64,000 nucleotides of DNA, taken from Octopus sinensis (Eukaryota). The notes beneath the pieces were generated by a model. That model was not told where the DNA came from. It was given only the letters and a program-made list of their open reading frames with translations, and did not search any database. The stretch is taken from assembly GCF_006345805.1 (NCBI RefSeq), contig NC_043000.1, positions 133,610,001-133,674,000 of the forward strand. Reading direction: 5' to 3'. Each line of letters begins with the position of its first letter. Within the stretch, counting starts at the first letter, position 1. The translations under genes and the position numbers were made by a program. Shown here in pieces: positions 26,066 to 37,839 of the stretch.

Positions 26066-26544
26066 GGTAAAGTAAGTTAACTTCCAATAGTCCTTTAGAC
26101 ATAACAATGTATAACAATTAACAGCAATAAGTAGGTAAAACTAGTTATTTTCATGTGTAACACAGTAAAGTTACTATGTTTGTTGTTGGACTCAGAAAAT
26201 AAGTCCCACTTTTGCCATGTCATTCATTTACATCTCACAATTCAATCTAAAATTCGCGATGCCACATTATTATACTATTAAGCATAGTTCTGAAAATTTG
26301 GATCCAAATGCAATTAATTTCGAAGTCTACTTTTGCAAAAGTAACTTACCGTGTTTGCCGACATATAAGACCCACTTTTCTATTTTTTAAATGTATCAAA
26401 AAATTGCCCTGCGTCTAATGCGATCGTATTACGGATGGGAGACCAAGTGCCATAAACTAAGGAGCCGGGTAAGCATACGTTTGCTTGGTATAATAATTGT
26501 TACTAATAATCTAATATTGAAAACAAGCTAAAATATCAGCCTTT

Positions 26545-27411
26545 TAACATAGACTTACGAAAATTGCTTACAGTATGTCGGCAGTTATGTGGAAGAAGTC
26601 ATTGTCTTACTGGAGCGCACGTCTTCAGTTGGCCGATGCCGATTAGCAGGCTATCAAAGCATCATATACTCGCTGCAGTTATTGACTATATAACGTTTAG
26701 CATTCACAGCATGACCATCTGGGACAAGCTCAAAGTGCAACACACCCTCAAGATTCCACCAAACACATTACGTAACCTATTGAAACTGCTCTTCTTCGAC
26801 AACAGATTCTGAAGCCCGGCAGGAACGAAGCACTTGATTTCTTATTGGGATTACGAAAATAGATCCATTTCTCATCTCTAGTTAGAATTCGACACCAAAA
26901 ATGGGCATTCCGAGGATTTGCTACTAGTTGTTTACAAATGTTCACACGTTTATGAAGAGCTTCTCGACAACGTCTGTTCACAAGGCTGAGGTGTCGATTG
27001 CTGGTGCTTTGTGAAGGACCAAGTTCTGCCGACGGTGTAAGAGTGCTTGTGCTTGGCAGTTGTTCAACCAAAGCTTCATCTACTGCAAAAGGTCTCCTTA
27101 ACTTTGGTTTGTCTCGAGGCTAGTGTAACCTTCGATGAAACGTTTGAAACATTTTTGTGCCGCACGTTCGTTGACAGCACCTGAACCTTTCACATCATTA
27201 ATTTCTTTTGATGCAACCCTTGTACCCAGTCATTTTTTCTACAGGCAGCGTAAAATGGCTCTAATTGCAATTTTTCACCACCCAAAATTGTAAAATAAGG
27301 AATGAACAATTCAATAACAATTGGACAAGTTGTATCAAATTAACGATATAATGAGATACAAGTTGCCAAAAATCATCTGTTAAAATTCGAAAAAACTTTC
27401 GACCCAACCTA
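26545..27411 (-). pseudogene. Mariner (Mos1-like) transposon remnant: one TIR and a decayed transposase
   Basis: TIR taggttgggtcgaaagtttt at the 27411 end. N-terminal ...GAVNERAAQKCFKRF... (helix-turn-helix), RILTRDEKWIY (first catalytic D motif) and a decayed LQ*DN motif near 26600. Confidence 0.85.
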
Positions 27412-27872
27412 GCTCAGTGGTTAGAGCGTCGGGCTCACAATCATGAGGTAATGAGTTTGATTCCTGTGCTGGGCTGTGAGTTGTGTTCTTGAGCAATACA
27501 CTTTAATTCACGTTGTTCCAGTTAACTCAGCTGTAGAAATGAGTTGCGACGTCACTGGTGCCAAACTGTATCGGTCTTTGCCTTTCTCTAGGATTCTCGG
27601 ACCTGGCTGCGTGTTGTGTTCTTGAACAAAACATTTTATTTCCCGTTGCTCCAATTAACTCAGCTGTAGAAATGAGTTGCGACATCACTGGTGCCAAGCT
27701 GTATCGGCCTTTGCCATTCCATTGGATAATACCAATGATGTGGAGAGAGGAAGCTGGTATGCATGGGCGACTGCTGGCCTTCCATAAACAACTTTGCCCG
27801 GACTTGTGCCTCGGAGAGTAACTTTCTAGGTGCAATCTTACTCGCATGGTCATTCATGATCGAAGAGTGTCT
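27411..27872 (+). mobile_element. tRNA-headed SINE with a CORE-like central segment, internally duplicated
   Basis: Head agctcagtggttagagcgtcgggctcacaatcatgagg; ttgtgttcttga...ctcagctgtagaaatgagttgcgac occurs twice (~27480, ~27615). Confidence 0.8.
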
Positions 27873-27876
27873 CCAA

Positions 27877-27928
<52 letters not shown>

Positions 27929-28944
27929 TCTTCAGTACTTATATATGTATATATACACTCTACAGTACGAACTGTTTCCGGGATTTGGCGCGCCAGAACT
28001 TAGACATATGAAAATAACCCCAAGGTAATCGGTAGAACTATACACACATCTAATTTTATGAGGACAACTTGTGTATAGTTCTCTAAATTATATTGAATTG
28101 GAACGATCGTACTGAAGAGTCCAGGGACGTACGTAAAATCGTTAATGGCGAAATCTGTCTACGATTAATTCTGTATTTTGTATATTTTCATCTGTCTTAC
28201 CCGCTTATGTTCTGGTGTTTGCTGAATTTCTCTAAGGAACATTCTTTCTTTGTGGTTAGATCGTAGATGATCTTCTTCTAGCATATTAGATGTCCACTTT
28301 GTGGCCATCCCTTATTATACGCATGTATTACAATTTTTCTGAATTTTCAGATTTTTCTATATGCTAGGCTACTGGTTTTAAATTGATGTTAATTAGATAA
28401 ATATTGAATTTATCACCCTCATTATTTAAATATATATATATATATGGATACATACCTACTAGGTAAACACAAGATATCTAAGAAAGTGGAATAAATTTGT
28501 TATATCACCAGCGAGACTCGAACGCCGCGTTTGCTGTAAACTACATAGCTGTAATAACCTCTGCATGTTCGTGTGTGTTTGAGTGTGTGTGTGTGTGTGT
28601 AGTTTAGTAATGGTATGAATTCAAGGAAGAAGTATGTCGATGATAATATTTGAAGGCTTCCAGACTTGTGAGACCATTGCGGTTGATGTTCAGAATGCAG
28701 TCCTTTAGGTTGATAGCTATAGAAAAAGCGTGGAAGTGGAGAGAGAGAGATCCCAAAAGCTGCAGTCTGTATGGAACGGTGATTGGCAGAATGAGTAAAG
28801 TGACGGACAACATATTTTAACGTTTTGTGTTCAAATCCTGCCGAGTTTATCTTTCAACCTTCTGCAGTTGATATTAAAATCGATGTAGTTGATAACACCC
28901 TAAAAGATGGCGCCGCAGTTCAATGAATGAAGCCAGTAAAAGAA

Positions 28945-28950
28945 GATATG

Positions 28951-29010
<60 letters not shown>

Positions 29011-29110
29011 GTATGTGTGTGTGTGTATGTATGTATGTATGTATGTATGTATGTATGTATGTATGTATGTATGTATGTATGTATGTATGTATGTATGTAT
29101 GTATGTATGG
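28945..29110. repeat. (TA)n + (TATG)n microsatellite
   Basis: Direct reading. Confidence 0.95.
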
Positions 29111-29984
29111 AGGTAGGTAGGTGTGTATACATCTATGTGTATATATATGTGTGTAATTGTGTGTTCGTCTATCAGCTTATTTTTTCACTTGTGTATGGTC
29201 CGGCTTAACACATTCAGTTTGTGATGGTAGTTATTTATGTCGGACTTGAAAATTTTGAATTAATTTCGTTGATGGTCTCTCTATTTGCAATCAGCCATGA
29301 AATTTCGTTATTCATGCATCGTTTTCTTGAGGAAATATTTACTAGAATGAATGAATATACTTTATATAGAGTTAATATTGACTTTTATTTGTACCACCTA
29401 TCACCAAATTTATTACCGTTATTTTCCGAGTGTGTTTATTTTAGCCTGTCATCAACAGATTTACAGAGAACAATGACTATGATTTATAGATATCTTCAAG
29501 ACAAAGCAATAGTTCACAGTGACAAGTCATTCGGGATTCAACTGTATAAATTTTGGCTCGGTCTTCTATCTATCTATTGACAGCCATCATTTGTAAAGGT
29601 TCGAAATTCATTAGAGTAATTGGCTGTTTTTAGTAATCGTTCCCCACACCATCCATCTCAATATTACCGCTTCGGAGGGCTCGAGAAAGTCATGGGTACA
29701 TTTTCCTGACGAAATCATCTATCTATCTATCTATCTGGAAACAAAGGGTCTTAAAGTTAACTTAGCAAAGACTAAAGTTCTAATTTGCAGGAAAGCAGAC
29801 AGAAAACTAATCTCTTCGGGTAAATGGCCCTGCTTCATTTACAGACAAGGTGTAGGTATAAATTCTATACGGTGTGCTCAGTACAAACTATGAACATATA
29901 AAAGGTACAGTGGGATCACAGGAAGGTTCGTAGAGAAAATAGAATTTGTTTGTGGCAGATGTACAGTAGGAATAAGCTATAAGA

Positions 29985-30345
29985 GAACATGCGCATTAGA
30001 TGTTCTGAAATGTTCAGGAGACACCAAGGCGACTTAATTAGCAGTAGAGGAGGATGCTCTGAAGGGATAGTTGCTAGAATACGAACTGACTGGAGAACGT
30101 TCAGAGAACTTTTATTTCTGTTGGTAACAAAAGGCCTCTCTCTCAGAAAGAAGGGCAAATTGTACGATGCTTGTATATAAATAACAATGCTAGCTGAGTG
30201 TGAAAATTAAGCTGTAAATGCAGAGAACATGACGTAGGACGAAGTGGTGAAGACTAACCGCAATATGTTGAGCCTCTCAGGGGAGATTACGCGGAAGGGG
30301 CGCTGAGATGAATGGTGTTATGCTGTGCTTGAGAAGGCCAGCCCA
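29985..30345 (+). pseudogene. RTE-clade LINE ORF2 remnant
   Basis: GDLISSRGGCSEGIVARIRTDWRTFRELLFLLVTKGLSLRKKGKLYDAC matches RTE GDxISSxGGC..ARIRxGWxKFRELLPLL...KGRLYDAC. An RTE-type 3' UTR motif (ttaggaagggcatccagc) is at ~30585. Confidence 0.8.
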
Positions 30346-30649
30346 TCTCAGCAGTATTGAGACTTCGTCAAGCCTTCACCCACAACTCATCTTCTGTTAC
30401 TCATTCTTCCATCAATCTTCTAACTTCACTTATTTTCTTCATTTCCATCTACACCGAACTGATGTCCTCTACGTTCATCTCCTTTTCTATATCTAATATA
30501 TTCACCCGCCCAGTTGAAAAGTCTTAACTTGCGGGTACTTGGGGACTTCACCGGTGCTGGTGTCGCCCTGTTGAGTGATTCGCATTAGGAAGGGCATCCA
30601 GCTGTTTTCATCAAATTAACTCACTAGCCATTGGTCATCAACTCGAAAC

Positions 30650-30740
30650 TATGGAAGATATTTGCCCAAGATGCTTCGTAGTGGAACAGAATCCGAAATC
30701 ACATTGTTGCGAAGTGAGCTTCTTAACTGCACAGTCATAC
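30650..30740 (-). mobile_element. Diverged family A SINE head
   Basis: Reverse complement reads gttaagaagctcacttcgcaacaatgtgatttcggattctgttccactacgaagcatcttgggcaaatatc. Confidence 0.6.
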
Positions 30741-30800
30741 ATTGATTGATAGATAGACAGACAGACAGAAAGACAGATAGATAGATAGGCAGATAGATAT

Positions 30801-32023
30801 GTTTCTTTATTGGCCACACGGGGCTGAACACAGAGGGGACAAAATGCAAAGTAGAGGTTTTCTTTTTGGGGAAGAAGAAAAAAAGGGAGGGGTAGAATTT
30901 CGATCAAAAGGGATCGTGGAGAAAAAATGGGGGGGGGATCAATAGTGATCGTGTATCACAGAAATGTCATAATGTAAAAAGGGGAACAGATTAGGTTTAT
31001 ACGTGGAAAGAAAAGCCTACAGAAAAGACCACGGTAACCTTGGGTAATAATGTCATGCAAAAATCACATTACAATAAGTGACTCTCTTTTTCCTTTCTTT
31101 TTTTGGTTCATAGGATTATGCTCAAGCTGGCTCCGTCATTCACACGTGCCATCCTTGCTACATTCACCTATCTTTTTTTTTTTTTAAAACATTCACTAGA
31201 CAAAACTTCTTTCTCTACTCTCACCTTCCTCTTCAAGCGACACTTGAAGTTGATGAGTGATTAACCAGAGAGGCAACTGTTTGTCCTGGACCGATGAAAA
31301 TGGCTCTTCCTTCCCGTTTCAAGGAAGGAGGAGCGACGATATTCACGATAGACTCGGTTGATAAACCGACTCGTCCCACACGCGATAGCAGTCGTTCGAC
31401 ATAGGCCCACAGGTCAGAAATGGTTGGACACTGTATAAATGCGTGCAGAACGGTTTCGTCGCTCTGACCGCATCTCTGGCAGGTCGGCCCCGTGTTTCTC
31501 GAGCCATGCCTATAGAGCTTATCCCGAACGGGTAGCGCTTCTCGATAGCACTGCCAGGCCAGGGATCTCTGGAAGTTGTCCATAGGTCCCGGCCCGAAAG
31601 TCGTCTTGAACAGACGGGTCATGTATTCCTCGTCGACGCCCAGGATCGTCGTCGTACCTCCCCTCCACTAAACTCCTATAGAATGCTTTGGTTGTGTTGA
31701 AGTCGCTCAAGGTCGACCCGGCATGGCATAGTTGCTCGAGAGCAACGCGACATTCGTGGTGCCATTCGCCCTTCCTCGACCTCTTTTTGTTCCACGACTG
31801 GAGTTCGGTTATGGAGAGGAGCTGGGGGAAAGCGCGCCTCACAAACGGCGACCACACCTGTTCACCGTCGTCTACGTAGAGCCGGAGATGTCGCAGCCTC
31901 AGCGCGTGTCTGCGCATCATCAACCACAGCATGCCCAGTCCTCCTTTTAACGGGTGTTAGCAGTAAACGGATCGCCTGACTATCGGAACGCATCCTTTCC
32001 ACAAGAAGTAGAAAAGTGGAAAG

Positions 32024-32024
<1 letters not shown>
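30801..32024 (-). mobile_element. 5'-truncated Tx1/L1-clade LINE: ORF2 C-terminus with zinc knuckle, 3' UTR and poly(A) signal
   Basis: FLWKG..VRRSV..HPLKGGLGM, then after a frameshift AWQCYREALPVRDKL...CQRCGQSDETVLHAFIQC (Cx2Cx8Hx4C, zf-RVT). Ends in aataaagaaac followed by (TATC)n. Confidence 0.9.
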
Positions 32025-32059
<35 letters not shown>

Positions 32060-32512
32060 TGCTGTGTGTATATATCGAAACATCCATTTCAAACTCTTGT
32101 CCAGAAATCTAGATTTGTTTGTATGTTATCAAAAAGTTGAAAGATTAGATTTCACGGAAATTTTACTGGATATAAATCAACGAATGTAAATGCTTCAGAC
32201 TCAATAAGGAGATTTTAATGTCTATAATATTGATTTCTAATAATGCACGATGTAAAATACAACATACAAAAGAAGTCTTTTTCCTACGTGATCTAACATC
32301 TTACAGTTCTCTACTCTCAATAAAAATCAGCATTTCATCTTTACAAGTTGATTCGGTTTTATCAGATGTGCATACTTCCTGACATAAAACTGAAGCAGAA
32401 AACATATGAGGGAAAATGTGGCCACTGTGTAATAATAAAGAATATTTACCGCGTGAAAATCTCTGATTATCAATTGTAATATATATATATATATATCTAT
32501 ATATATATATAT

Positions 32513-32693
32513 AAGAATACAGTGTACATTCAAACACATAAGAGATGACCAATAATAGGACATCTGTTTTTATTTTTCATTCCCTTTCAGAATTGCAACT
32601 ATTAGTGGCTTGGAGTTTTAACTGCTCTTTCTAGTGAGTCAGATGTCCTATTATTGGTTATCTCTTATGTGTTTGAATGTACACTGTATTCTT
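32513..32693. repeat. 54-bp inverted repeat with a 73-bp loop
   Basis: Arms 32513-32566 and 32640-32693, 1 mismatch. Confidence 0.9.
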
Positions 32694-32837
32694 CTGTAAA
32701 TAATGTATAGTCTATTGACTAAATTTTCTTTCTCGCTCGACCAATGATAACAAAGAATTTTTCTATATTTATTTTTGCTACCCTAAGATTTTTAAATATA
32801 TACTGTACTTTAAATATATAATTGTATAAATATAATA

Positions 32838-32911
32838 TAATTAAGGGTACTGGGTAGGGGTACCACCATGCTAGATATAGCATGATAGTACCTCTCCAGT
32901 ACCTTTAATTA
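32838..32911. other. 74-nt imperfect hairpin
   Basis: taattaagggtactgg...catgcta-gata-tagcatg...ccagtacctttaatta. Confidence 0.75.
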
Positions 32912-33509
32912 CATATATATAATCATATATTTATAGTAATTATTACCTTTATGGTTTTTTCCATGCTGGCCACTTGATATGATTAGTCAACAGATCCACA
33001 TCGCAAAAATGACATTGGCGAAACTACAGGAGTTGGAGTTTTCAGTATTTAGTATATGCCTCACTGTAGTCATTGCTTAAGTCGAGTTGGCTTCATTGAC
33101 TCCCGCTTTGGACTTCATTCAGTTGTTGTCTAGCCCTAGCTTGGCTCTTATCGAGCCGAGCTTATCAAAGCAGTATCATTTATGGACATCTTGTCAAGTC
33201 TTTTTCGTTGCAAGGTGTATAGTACCCAGGACTACATTATCCACTGTGCTCTTCCTATTATTTTTAGCTCGCTTTATCGTAATTTGAAGGAAATTTAGTT
33301 CATTCTGGCGGGAGAGTGATCATGCAGGAAATTTTTGTTAGTTCGACTTACATTTAAACGTAACGTCTACCATCAGTATAAACTGAATATATACAGTGTT
33401 TTGCTATTAAGATGTCTGTTAAAAGAAAACATCCTGCTTTGCCAGATCGATAAGGTCAGAGTATTATGTAACCCAATTACTGATGATATATGAGTGTGTA
33501 TAACACTAT

Positions 33510-33718
33510 GTGACCGCGTGAGTATTGTTGGCGATTTTTTTCCTCCGTCTTCCCTTTCTTGGATCTTTCCTTTTCCTATGTTTCTGACGAAGAGCTCCGC
33601 TCGAAATGTTGAATCCTCCTTCTTTCTTTCCTTTCCTGAGTGTCCAATAACACTATACTTGTTCCACGTCCTCGCGTTGTTGTGTTTTCTCTTTGGGTTT
33701 CCATGTTTGGATTAACTA
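33510..33718 (+). mobile_element. Penelope-type pLTR-like repeat with a minimal hammerhead (33580-33614)
   Basis: GTTT-CTGACGA-A-GAGC TCC GCTC-GAAATGTT-GAAT; homologous to 43464-43660 and 52762-52945. Confidence 0.75.
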
Positions 33719-33998
33719 TGTATTAACTATATATTTGTGTATACTCTGGAGTAGTAGAGATCATCTTCGTGAAATTATGAATGTAATGTAAAATTAGAAA
33801 TTTTTCACAATCTTGCAATGCTTCGCTACCAAAGGATATAGAGTGGAGAAATTATAAGCTCCTCTAGACTGTGGTTCAAATCCAATAGCTCATGTTGATT
33901 AACGAATGACACTCATTACTTCTACTGTAACCAGTCACCTCTTTTGCCACTGCCATCTCCAACACCAATATGTTCGTCATATAAACAACAACAGCAAC

Positions 33999-34190
33999 GG
34001 AGGCGCAATGGCCCAGTGGTTAGTGCAGCGGTCTCGTGGTCGTAAGATCGCGGTTTCGATTCCCAGACCGGGCATTGTGAGTGTTTATTGAGCAAAAACA
34101 CTTAAGCTCCACGAAGATCCGGCGGGGTGGGGGTGAATCCCGCTGTACTCTTTCACCACAACTTTCTCTCACACTTTCTTCCCACTTCTG
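33999..34190 (+). mobile_element. Family C tRNA-headed SINE, 5' part
   Basis: ggaggcgcaatggcccagtggttag...ggtttcgattccc (A and B boxes). Confidence 0.85.
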
Positions 34191-35064
34191 CCACAAAGCA
34201 GAAGAACCATGGTGCAACCAACTATGGTATGGCAAGCTTTCAGACCATAGTCTAGATTGCGAATCCTCTGCAACCCAGGATGGTTCAGCTCTCCACCCGT
34301 TAAAAGCCACCGTTTACGGAATGAGGATAACAACGTAGCTTTCGCGCCCAGTCTATCGCGTGTGGTGGGTGGATTTTCAAGTTGCCACACGCATTCTTAG
34401 TATCTTAGAGTAGGCTCGAATTAGAGATTATTCTTTGTGGTTAATGACGTGAGTCCTGACTGGAAGAAGAAGAAAAAGACGACAACAGCAACACTACTAC
34501 TACTACTACTACTATATGCTACATGCTACTGTTGATGATGCCGTTCCAGTTGGGACAGCTCTAATAAAATACGTATCTAACGTATTGAAATAAAGTAAAA
34601 AACCTTTTTAAAAAGCTAAACATAATTAATCTTGCTTTCGTATATTTCTGTTAAACTGAGCTATTTAAATATTTTTCTTATATCGCCCAACATTCTATGG
34701 TCGTTTTATCTTTCTTCTTTTGGTATTTTACTTTTAGAATATAATCAATATTCTTCTGCTTGATTATAATCCACAGAGCAGAACGAGATGTGTATTTATC
34801 TATTCCATCATGAATGTATAAATATTTGAATAAATACACGCATAAAGTTTTTAAAAATTTAATCTTTTCTGAAATTGCTAAGACTTAAGACCAATACCTA
34901 AAATTGGATTCTACAGCTTAAAGAAAACATTATATCTCCTATTATTGCATGTAACTTTTGCAGTTTTACTACAGAATTATTGTATCTGCTTCCAAAGTTA
35001 GAGGATCTGCAACCATCTTGAAGTGTCCTAGTCAGAAACATATCTTGATATCTTGAATAGCTTT

Positions 35065-35281
35065 AAGGCGGCAAGCTGACGGAATCGTTAGCATGCCGGA
35101 TATAATTCTTAGCCGCATTTCGTCTGCCTTTATGTTCTGAGTTCAAATTCCGCCGAGGTCGACTTTGCCTTACATCCTTTCGGGGTCGATAAAATAAGTA
35201 CCAGTTGAACACTGGAGTCGATATAATCGACTTACTCCTCCCCCAATATTGCTGGCCTTGTGCCAAAATTTGAAACCAATA
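35065..35281 (+). mobile_element. Family B SINE variant (3' end ggccttgtgccaaaatttgaaacc)
   Basis: Family B core with an alternative tail, also seen at 60440-60680 and 61335-61495. Confidence 0.85.
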
Positions 35282-35303
35282 TCTTGAATAGATTTGAATA
35301 ATA

Positions 35304-35440
35304 GGCTGTGTGGTAAGTAGCTTGCTTACCGACCGCATGGTTCCGAGTTCAGTCCCACTGTGTGGCAGCTTAGGCAAATGTCTACTACTATAGCCTCGGG
35401 CCGACAACCGATGCTGGTGTGTTTACGTCCCCGTAACTTA
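35304..35440 (+). mobile_element. Family A SINE, internally deleted
   Basis: The head is joined to the 3' half at a GAC microhomology (gggccgac|aaccgatg). Confidence 0.8.
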
Positions 35441-36267
35441 ACTCGAAAATAAAGTGGGTTTTTATCGGCATCATGCGAAGAAACTGATAATTGTCCTCTT
35501 TTTCATTAAAACGGAACTTTTGTTCGGCTGCCAACTTTCAGTTTCTTCAATTTCTGTTCGAATTGATATGATATTCGGTGTGATGATATACTTTTATGTG
35601 CTAATCAATGCCTTGAAATTCATTTTCGCCATAAATCAATAAATAAAAAAATTGTGAATAGCTTTTAAAATTTGCAAATTTTTGGTAATTTGAGCTAATC
35701 GTAAGCTACAGACACATTCATGTTTGTTTCCATAGTAACAAACCAAGCACGAGAAAGCACGTGTTGACAAATATATTCTATTCATTGAGGTGGTGGTGAG
35801 ATGTGCTAAAAATAACAGCTAAATAGGCTTTAAATCACGCACCTCCAAATTTTTTGTTTTGGTTTCTGCACAATGTATGAATTCCGTGTGTAGAATGAGA
35901 ATTCGCATAAATTATCTGAAACTTCCAAAAAATAAAAAAGAAGTTATAAGGAGGTATATGGCGTGCGTAAAGCAGAATCCTGCCAGTATTTCAATTGTTT
36001 ACAGTTAACAACACGCGATGTCCCGCACAAAATGACAGCTTTCAAATCCTGTTTTCTGATTGGGTGAAAATTATCAAACTCTATCAAACCTCTATAACTT
36101 TTTTAAAAAGATTTTCTGGAAAAAGTGAAATATCTCCTGAAATTCAGCTTGAAAAACTCTATTAACACTCCGTAGGCCGGTGGGACCCCAGCAAATTTTA
36201 AAAGTTATGCAACTTTTATATATTTTGATTAAATGATTTTATATCTCATGACTTTTATTGTCAATAG

Positions 36268-36680
36268 TGTAACAGGATGAGATATTCCTGCACTGGATGG
36301 GTGCTGCTCGCATCCTTTACATCAAATATTAATTGAAGAAAGAGTCAAGATTTTCCGTTAACTTCAACAGTATAAATATTTATTCTTTGATTCGCAATAT
36401 AAACATTTCCTTCCTCTGGGCGAATCAGCACTAGTCTAGTGGAGTGAGTCAATCCTGCCCACTTAGGCATAGCGGGGATGCGCCACGAGGTAGCAGCTCG
36501 AGAGAGCTGCTGGAGACACGTGTGTATCGTTCAGCTGCTAGCGTCAAAAGAGAGAGATACAAGAGAATTTCGCTGCTGCTAGTTTTCTGCGCATGCGCAT
36601 GAGGGAACTTCCAGCAGGCCTTCCGGAAGATTCCATCCCTACGCATGCGTGCTGGAGATTTCCAAGATGGCGTCACTACA
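36268..36680 (-). mobile_element. Solo LTR (Gypsy-like), 413 bp
   Basis: Termini TGTA...TACA, 4-bp TSD ATAG (36264-67 and 36681-84), AATAAA on the minus strand. Confidence 0.85.
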
Positions 36681-37020
36681 ATAGCTTATGTATGCTCATA
36701 CAAATTTTGAGTTTAAAATTTCCAGTCATAGGGATGTTATAGCAAAAAATATGGTCATTGGTCCAACTAGATCACATTGGCCTTCTGTGAAATTATATTT
36801 TCTGTTCTTTTTACAGATATTCTCATGAACTATAAGTCAATTTTCTTCGTATTTGTACTGGTATGAATCAATACACTAAATAATTTTGTGTTATTTTATA
36901 TTTAGTGCTATATATATAGTTTATAAAACTATAAAAAAATGTGCTAAATTTCTTGTTCTGCATCATGCACTCAGCATATATACAAGATTAAACAAATATT
37001 ACTTTATGGATGGATGGGAT

Positions 37021-37404
37021 GGAAGCACTCCGTCGGTTACGACGATGAGGGTTCCGGTTGATCCGAATCAACGGAACAGCCTGCTCGTGAAATTAACGTG
37101 TAAGTGGCTGAGCACTCCACAGACACGTGCACCCTTAACGTAGTTCTCGGGGATATTCAGCGTGACACAGAGAGTGACAAGGCCGGCCCTTTGAAATACA
37201 GGTACAACAGAAACAGGAAGTAAGAGTGAGAGAAAGTTGTGGTGAAAGAGTACAGCAGGGATCACCACCATCCCCTGCCGGAGCCTCGTGGAGCTTTTAG
37301 GGTGTTTTCGCTCGATAAACACTCACAACGCCCGGTCTGGGAATCGAAACCGCGATCCTATGACCGCGAGTCCGCTGCCCTAACCACTGGGCCATTGCGC
37401 CTCC
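37021..37404 (-). mobile_element. Family C SINE, full length, with (CCAT)n tail
   Basis: tRNA-like head at the 37404 end; 3' part matches 1185-1405. Confidence 0.9.
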
Positions 37405-37429
37405 ACTACTTTATGGATAGTGCGGAAAT

Positions 37430-37610
37430 AAAAGGGGACCTCAATGGCCTTTTGTGTAATTCCAACCAGGCCGGCCCACGAAGAGTTAACACATAAATCA
37501 CGACGGCCCACGATCGTGGCCGTCAGGCACAAGTCAACAGGCAGTGATCGTAGCCCAGATAGATGCATTTGATTTATGGGCGTTTGTTAGGGTCAAATGA
37601 CAGTCAAACG
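37430..37610. promoter_or_regulatory. Candidate enhancer with Hox/Pbx-type and Meis-type motifs
   Basis: CATAAATCA (37492-37500), TGATTTATGG (37570-37579) and TGACAG (37598-37603) in a GC-richer non-repeat island. Motif evidence only. Confidence 0.3.
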
Positions 37611-37839
37611 CTCCGATACCCCCACCTCCGAGAATGCAAGAGGACTAATAGTTCAATTTATAAATTTTCAGGCGATGTAAAACTTGCCATCATTATATAC
37701 AAAGAAGATATTTTAACTATTTTTTGTTTTTTATGTGTGCATGGTGGTCTCATTTTCATAAAATGTGCTCAGCAGTCCGTGCAATGTAAGTGCAAATCCA
37801 AGCGCTTTATGGGTTATAATAATAAATGCGCCCTTTTAC

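Noticed and set aside
26425-26475. GGATGGGAGACC match to 5S rRNA
   Set aside because: Only 12 nt match and the flanks do not align; insufficient for a 5S gene or SINE3 call.
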